The translations under genes were made by a program, and so were the position numbers. The notes under the pieces were generated by a model that saw nothing but the letters and a program-made list of their open reading frames with translations, had not been told where the DNA came from and did not search any database. Shown one piece after another: positions 59,123 to 64,000 of a stretch of DNA of 64,000 bases. Origin of the DNA: an uncultured Collinsella sp. (GTDB lineage Bacteria; Actinomycetota; Coriobacteriia; Coriobacteriales; Coriobacteriaceae); the NCBI GenBank assembly GCA_937982065.1, contig CALJMO010000052.1, positions 246,327 through 310,326 on the forward strand, read 5' to 3'. The stretch's first letter is position 1, and each line of letters starts with the position of its first letter.

Positions 59123-60400
59123 CTAGTGCTGAGCGACGACAACGCCCAGGCCATCGGGAATGACGGCCACCTTGGCATCGGCACCCTTCATCTCAAAGGC
59201 GAGCTTGAGCGCCTCATCGAGGGTGTTAACCGGCGTCATGTGCATATCCTTGATCATCTGGTGATCGCACAGGTCGGTAACCATGATCACAGGGTGATGC
59301 GCCAGGATGCGGGCAAAGATCTGGCTCGTCCACTGGTCGGGCAGGGTCTCGTCCTTAGGACGGTCGATGCAGGCGCGCTCAAACTCTGCCGGATCATTGT
59401 CGGCGATGTTGTGATAGAAGCCCTCGCCACCGTGACCGTCGGCACAACCGGCGACATCGATGATCACGCCGCCCTCGGGAAGTGTGGCCTCTGCAGAGCA
59501 CATGCCCTTCACGGCCTGATAGATGTTCTGGTCGAGCGGGTAGCCGCCGTTGGTGGTAATGGCAATCTCGCACTCGACGGGCTCAACGCCGGCAAGGCTC
59601 TTCACGAACTCGCAGCCAGCCTCGTGCGCCTTGTGGATGTCGCCGGCAAAGGAGCCGATGACCTCGTGCTTGCCGTTGAGCACCACGTTGAGCACAAAGG
59701 CAAGGTGAGCCATCTCGGCAGCGGCAAACATGTCCTCGCTCACGTGGTTGTGGCACAGGTTGCCGGCACGCGAGTGGGAATCATTCACAAACTGACCGTT
59801 GTGGTTGTACATGATGGTCTTGTAGCTGGCGATACCAGGCAGAACGGACTTGCGGCTACCAGAGAAACCGGCAAAGAAGTGCGGCTCAATAAAGCCCTCG
59901 GCAAGCAGCAGATCGCAATCGGCAGCAATCTTGTTGATGATGCACTCGCCGCCAGAAGGCAGGGTGCCGATCTTTTTCATCATGCTGTCATCGGTCGCGA
60001 CGTGCATAACGATTTCCTCGTTGGCAACAATCTCCTCGCCGTACTTGTTGACGAGCTCCTCGTGCGTCGAAGGACGATGCATACCCGTAGCAACCAAAAT
60101 ACGCACGCGAGCCTCGGGCGCAGCGGAATGGATGTGATGCAGCAGAATAGGCATCGTCACACGCGAGGGAACGGGGCGCGTATGATCGGAGCTAATGATG
60201 ACAATATCCTTCTTGCCAGCACAAAGCTCCTCGAGCGAAGGCGAGCCATAAGGGTTGGCAAGTGACTCCTCTACCAGCTCTTCCTGTGATTTCGTGGTCT
60301 TAAACTCGTTTTGATGACCTTCCATCACACCCGCGAAGTTCTTATCCTCGAGCTCCAGATGCAACGTCTTGTGGTCAAACGGCAGTTCACATTCAAACAA
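59123..60400 (-). CDS. larA: LarA-family nickel-pincer-cofactor-dependent 2-hydroxyacid racemase/epimerase (lactate racemase homolog), TTG start
   Basis: 'ELPFDHKTLHLELEDKNF…IVIISSDHTRPVP' LarA N-terminal pattern; RBS AAAGGAAGAGGG 9 nt before TTG; ~426 aa. Confidence 0.75.
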   Translation of the reverse strand: MFECELPFDHKTLHLELEDKNFAGVMEGHQNEFKTTKSQEELVEESLANPYGSPSLEELCAGKKDIVIISSDHTRPVPSRVTMPILLHHIHSAAPEARVRILVATGMHRPSTHEELVNKYGEEIVANEEIVMHVATDDSMMKKIGTLPSGGECIINKIAADCDLLLAEGFIEPHFFAGFSGSRKSVLPGIASYKTIMYNHNGQFVNDSHSRAGNLCHNHVSEDMFAAAEMAHLAFVLNVVLNGKHEVIGSFAGDIHKAHEAGCEFVKSLAGVEPVECEIAITTNGGYPLDQNIYQAVKGMCSAEATLPEGGVIIDVAGCADGHGGEGFYHNIADNDPAEFERACIDRPKDETLPDQWTSQIFARILAHHPVIMVTDLCDHQMIKDMHMTPVNTLDEALKLAFEMKGADAKVAVIPDGLGVVVAQH

Positions 60401-60980
60401 TGACGAGCGCCCTCTTCCTTTCAACTGACACATTAGATAAACCGTTGGAAGGATACGCCGCTCACCGAAAAACACCACCGTCCACCGACTCATTAACACA
60501 ACGTTCATATTTGACCCACAACAAAACAGCCGCGACCCCAAACGGGACCGCGGCCGCCTGTCAAAGACACTACAGACAGGATGACTTACGCAGCGCCGAG
60601 GCAAACATCTACCCCGAGACGTACGCACGTAAGCCATTTTGCATAAATGCGTTAATTAATTGCATAAAATGGCGCATGGATTTCTAGCCGTAACAGGGTA
60701 GTGCCCTCCGGAGCGTGCATTTTTGCGAGTATTCAGCATCGCGAGATAAGATTTTGGTGTCAAAAGTCTTTCAAAAAGTAGATAGTCCTCATGACTCGAC
60801 CCATCTGAATAGCATGCGGCGAGAAACCAGCCATATATGAATATCACCAAAGCCCAATCGTCGTGCAAAAGCATCAACAGGGGCCGCAAACGTCACCCAT
60901 AGCCTTATGCACCAATCTTTGGCTGCTGAAAACTCCTTTTTTTGCACGTCGCCCCAAGCACCACCCTCACCCAGCGGCTG

Positions 60981-61064
60981 ATCCGCCGAAGACCGGACAT
61001 CGCAGGGCCCGCCATTAGTTTACTTTTAGGCACACTCCGCAGGACGCAAGAAGCCCTCGCCGCA
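60981..61064. repeat. Family E repeat, partial copy (direct repeat of 61220-61303)
   Basis: ~84-bp near-identical direct repeat. Confidence 0.7.
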
Positions 61065-61219
61065 CTCCGCATTGGACGCGAAGCGCACTTTAATCCCTTC
61101 AGCCCCAATCCCTGAAGACCGAGGACGAAGGGACCCGACGGGTTTCCCTCTGAATGCATTCCGCAGCACGAAGCCCCTTCCAAACGCGCGAAGCGCGCCA
61201 TTAATTCCCCCAGCCAGTA

Positions 61220-61367
61220 ATCCGCCGAAGACCGGACATCGCAGGGCCCGCCATTAGTTTACCTTTAGGCACACTCCGCAGGACGCAAGAAGCCCTCGCC
61301 GCACGAAGTGCGCAGCGAGGGCTTCTTGCATGTCCGAGGACGTGCCTAAAAGTAAACTAATGGCGGA
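61220..61367. repeat. Family E repeat, full copy with ~120-bp palindrome (ccgccattagtttacctttaggcac … gtgcctaaaagtaaactaatggcgg)
   Basis: Read directly. Confidence 0.7.
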
Positions 61368-61391
61368 CCCGGACGACTACAGGGCTATCGA

Positions 61392-63977
61392 TTACCCCGT
61401 GTTCTGCAGTCCTGCCGAGACGCCGGTCACAGTCGAAAGAATCAGGCTCGTGTACTCGGCCTTCTTCTCCTCGGCCATCTCGTCCTGGTTCATACGCACC
61501 TCGCGAAGGGCACGGACCTGGGCGATGGACAGAGCGTCGACGTAGGGGTTACGCACGCGAACGGCGCAACCGAGCACGCGGCGGCGCTGCAGTGGCCACT
61601 CGTCACCGACGATGGCAAGGACCCACTTACGCGTGAGCTGCATCTCGGTAAAGACCTTCTCGGACAGATCCTGGCGATCGCCCAGGTGCAGATACATCTT
61701 GGCGATGCGCTGGTCGGTCTTGGCGATCGACATCTCGATGTTGTCGATGAACGTGCGGAAGAACGGCCACTCCTGGTAGGCAGCCTTGAGCTGGTCAAGA
61801 TCGCCAAGCTGCTCGCAGGCGGTGCCCAGACCGTACCAAGCGGCCAGGTTAATGCGCGCCTGGCTCCAGCTGAAGATCCACGGGATGGTACGCAGGTCGT
61901 CGAGCGACTTGGCACCCAAGCCGCGCTTGGCAGGACGCGAGCCGATCGGCAGCAGACCGACCTCGGTCAGCGGCGTCACGGTCGAGAACCACGGTGTAAA
62001 GTCCTCGGTGTTCAGCAGGTCCAGATAGCGCTCGTGGCTTGCGGCGTTGAGCTTCTCGGCCATATCCCAGAACTTCTGAGTGGTCTCGGTGTTAGTCTTC
62101 TCGACACTCGGGGCCGACTGCAAAAGCGTTGCAGCAGCAACGGACTCAACATGGCGCTGAGCCAGCGTGCGGTTGCCGTAACGGGCAAAGATGACCTCGC
62201 CCTGCTCGGTGAGCTTAAAGAAGCAGTTGACCGAACCCTTGGGCTGCGCCAGCACGGCCTTGTTGGCCGGGCCGCCGCCACGGCCCACGGCACCGCCGCG
62301 ACCGTGCATGAGCACCAGGTCGATATCGTTCTTCTCGGCCCACTTGGCGATGCGCTCCTGCGCGGAGTGCAGTGCGAGCATGGCCGTGGTAGGACCGGCG
62401 TCCTTGGAGGAGTCGGAATAGCCCAGCATAACCTCCATGCGGCGGTTGGTCTGGGCAAGGCGCTTTTGCACCACGGGCAGCGTAAGCATCTGGTCGAGCA
62501 CGTCAACGCAGCCCTCGAGGTCCTCGAGCTGCTCGAACAGCGGGATCACGTCGAGCTCGGGAACGTCTTCCTCGTGTGCGAAGGACAGGTGGGCCAGCTC
62601 AAAGACGTCGGCCACATGCTGGGCACTCTTGGTAAACGAGATGATGTAGCGGTGCGCCATCTTCTTGCCGTAGCGCTTTTGGATGGAACCGATGGCACGG
62701 AAGGTGTCGATGACCTCGCGCGTCATGGGCTGCAGGTCACCATGGATACCGTTCTCGTGGATATCCTTGAGGGCGCGGGCGTGCACCACGGAGTGCTGAC
62801 GGAACTCCATCTCGACCATGTGGAAGCCGAAGGACTCGACCTGCCAGATGATGGTCTGGACCGGGCCGTAGGCAGCACGGACGGCACCGCAGGCAGCAAG
62901 CGAACGCTGGACGACGCGCAGGTCATCCAGGAACTCGTCGGCGCTGTGGTACATGGTGTCGGTGATACGGCGCACGGTGGCGTTCAGACGGTCGGCCATG
63001 ACGAGCATGACGGCGCGATGCGGCTCGTGCTCGGAGATCAGCTCGGCGCGGGCCGTGTACTGGGTGCTCATCTCGACCTGATGGTTCCACAGGTTGATGA
63101 GCTCGGCCGACGGCTTGCTGTAGGTGGCCTCGAGCGTGAGGTTGCGGCCGATGCGACGGCACTTGTCCTCGAGCTTGAGCACCATGTGGGTGAAGTACTT
63201 GGCGGCGACCTCACGGCTCACCTTGGCGGTGACGTTGGGGTTACCGTCGCGGTCGGAACCGATCCAGCTGCCGGGATGGAAGAACGCCGGGCACAGCGGC
63301 GGCACGGTACCGGCCTTGTCGCCCAGCACCCAGTCGTCAAAACGACGATAGATGACGGGGATAACGTCGAACAGCGTGTTATCAAAGATGTCGATGATGG
63401 TATCGGCTTCCTCGACCGGCGTGGGCTTCTTGAGCGCGATGGGGCTCGTACGCACCAGGGCGTCGATCTCCTGCAGCATATGGCGCTCGTTCTCCACCAG
63501 GTCGGAGCCGCCCAAACGCGGACGCTCCTCCAGCAGGTTGGAGATACGGCGAATCTTGCCCTCGACGGCCTTACGACGGGCCTCGGTGGGATGTGCGGTA
63601 AAGACAGGGTGGAACTCGAGCTTGCCGAGCAGCTCATTGGCACCCTCGACGCCCATCTCGTTTACCAACTGGTGATAGGCGACGGTGAGTTCGTTGGCGG
63701 GATCGACCTCGGTATCGGTCGATGCGCCGGCCTCGCGCTCGCGCAGCTGCGCCACACGGTAGTTCTCCTCCGACAGGTTTGCCAAGTGGAAGAAGCTCGT
63801 AAAGGCGCGAACGATGACCTGCTGCTTATCAAGCGGCAGGCTGTCAATCAGATCGACGACTTCGCGAAACGCCACGGCGGTGGGCTCGTCGGCAGTGGGC
63901 ACGCCCTGTTCGTCAACGGACTCGTCGGCAGCGCGGCTACCGGGGTTGCCAGCATTGGCCACAATCTCGGCTGTCAA
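61392..63977 (-). CDS. ppc: Phosphoenolpyruvate carboxylase (N-terminus may extend to the window edge)
   Basis: PEPC catalytic motifs ('VMLGYSDSSKDAG', C-terminal '…AGLQNTG'). Confidence 0.9.
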   Translation of the reverse strand: MTAEIVANAGNPGSRAADESVDEQGVPTADEPTAVAFREVVDLIDSLPLDKQQVIVRAFTSFFHLANLSEENYRVAQLREREAGASTDTEVDPANELTVAYHQLVNEMGVEGANELLGKLEFHPVFTAHPTEARRKAVEGKIRRISNLLEERPRLGGSDLVENERHMLQEIDALVRTSPIALKKPTPVEEADTIIDIFDNTLFDVIPVIYRRFDDWVLGDKAGTVPPLCPAFFHPGSWIGSDRDGNPNVTAKVSREVAAKYFTHMVLKLEDKCRRIGRNLTLEATYSKPSAELINLWNHQVEMSTQYTARAELISEHEPHRAVMLVMADRLNATVRRITDTMYHSADEFLDDLRVVQRSLAACGAVRAAYGPVQTIIWQVESFGFHMVEMEFRQHSVVHARALKDIHENGIHGDLQPMTREVIDTFRAIGSIQKRYGKKMAHRYIISFTKSAQHVADVFELAHLSFAHEEDVPELDVIPLFEQLEDLEGCVDVLDQMLTLPVVQKRLAQTNRRMEVMLGYSDSSKDAGPTTAMLALHSAQERIAKWAEKNDIDLVLMHGRGGAVGRGGGPANKAVLAQPKGSVNCFFKLTEQGEVIFARYGNRTLAQRHVESVAAATLLQSAPSVEKTNTETTQKFWDMAEKLNAASHERYLDLLNTEDFTPWFSTVTPLTEVGLLPIGSRPAKRGLGAKSLDDLRTIPWIFSWSQARINLAAWYGLGTACEQLGDLDQLKAAYQEWPFFRTFIDNIEMSIAKTDQRIAKMYLHLGDRQDLSEKVFTEMQLTRKWVLAIVGDEWPLQRRRVLGCAVRVRNPYVDALSIAQVRALREVRMNQDEMAEEKKAEYTSLILSTVTGVSAGLQNTG

Positions 63978-64000
63978 AATCTTGTCGAACAGGTCCGCGA

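Noticed and set aside
60401-60637. Upstream extension of the larA ORF (MAYVRTSRGRCLPRR… from the six-frame track)
   Set aside because: The extension is Arg/Cys-rich, lacks an RBS, and does not align with the LarA N-terminus. A TTG with RBS AAAGGAAGAGGG fits the expected LarA start.

Overview
High-GC (~63-65%) chromosomal segment, most likely from a gut/oral Actinobacterium (Coriobacteriia- or Bifidobacterium-like). All calls come from motifs read in the supplied translations; no searches were run. Housekeeping content: tmRNA (ssrA), gatCAB, ligA, aspS, glnA with a GlnR-like regulator, ppc, moaA and a moaC-mobB fusion, serB, htrA, and a feoA-feoA-feoB operon. Accessory content is heavy: (i) a sortase-dependent pilus locus (tip adhesin, two LPXTG pilins, class C sortase) that is split by an AbiEi/AbiEii-like pair and a repeat-rich spacer with a type-I-toxin-like small ORF; (ii) five type II/IV toxin-antitoxin modules, two of them in a 1.7-kb island bounded by direct repeats, one with a ParE toxin broken by an in-frame stop; (iii) a rearranged lactate-racemase (lar) nickel-pincer cofactor cluster: LarA homolog, LarD-like MIP channel, LarB, a His-rich LarC N-domain only, and a TetR; (iv) at least five families of interspersed palindromic (REP/BIME/MITE-like) repeats in most intergenic regions, some bracketing single genes like cassettes; (v) several candidate operators (palindromes, 10-bp and 21-bp tandem repeats, a GlnR-box-like site) and standalone AAA ATPases of unknown function. 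Many of the ORFs in the six-frame track are antisense GC-frame artefacts and are not reported. No CRISPR array and no rRNA or tRNA genes were found.
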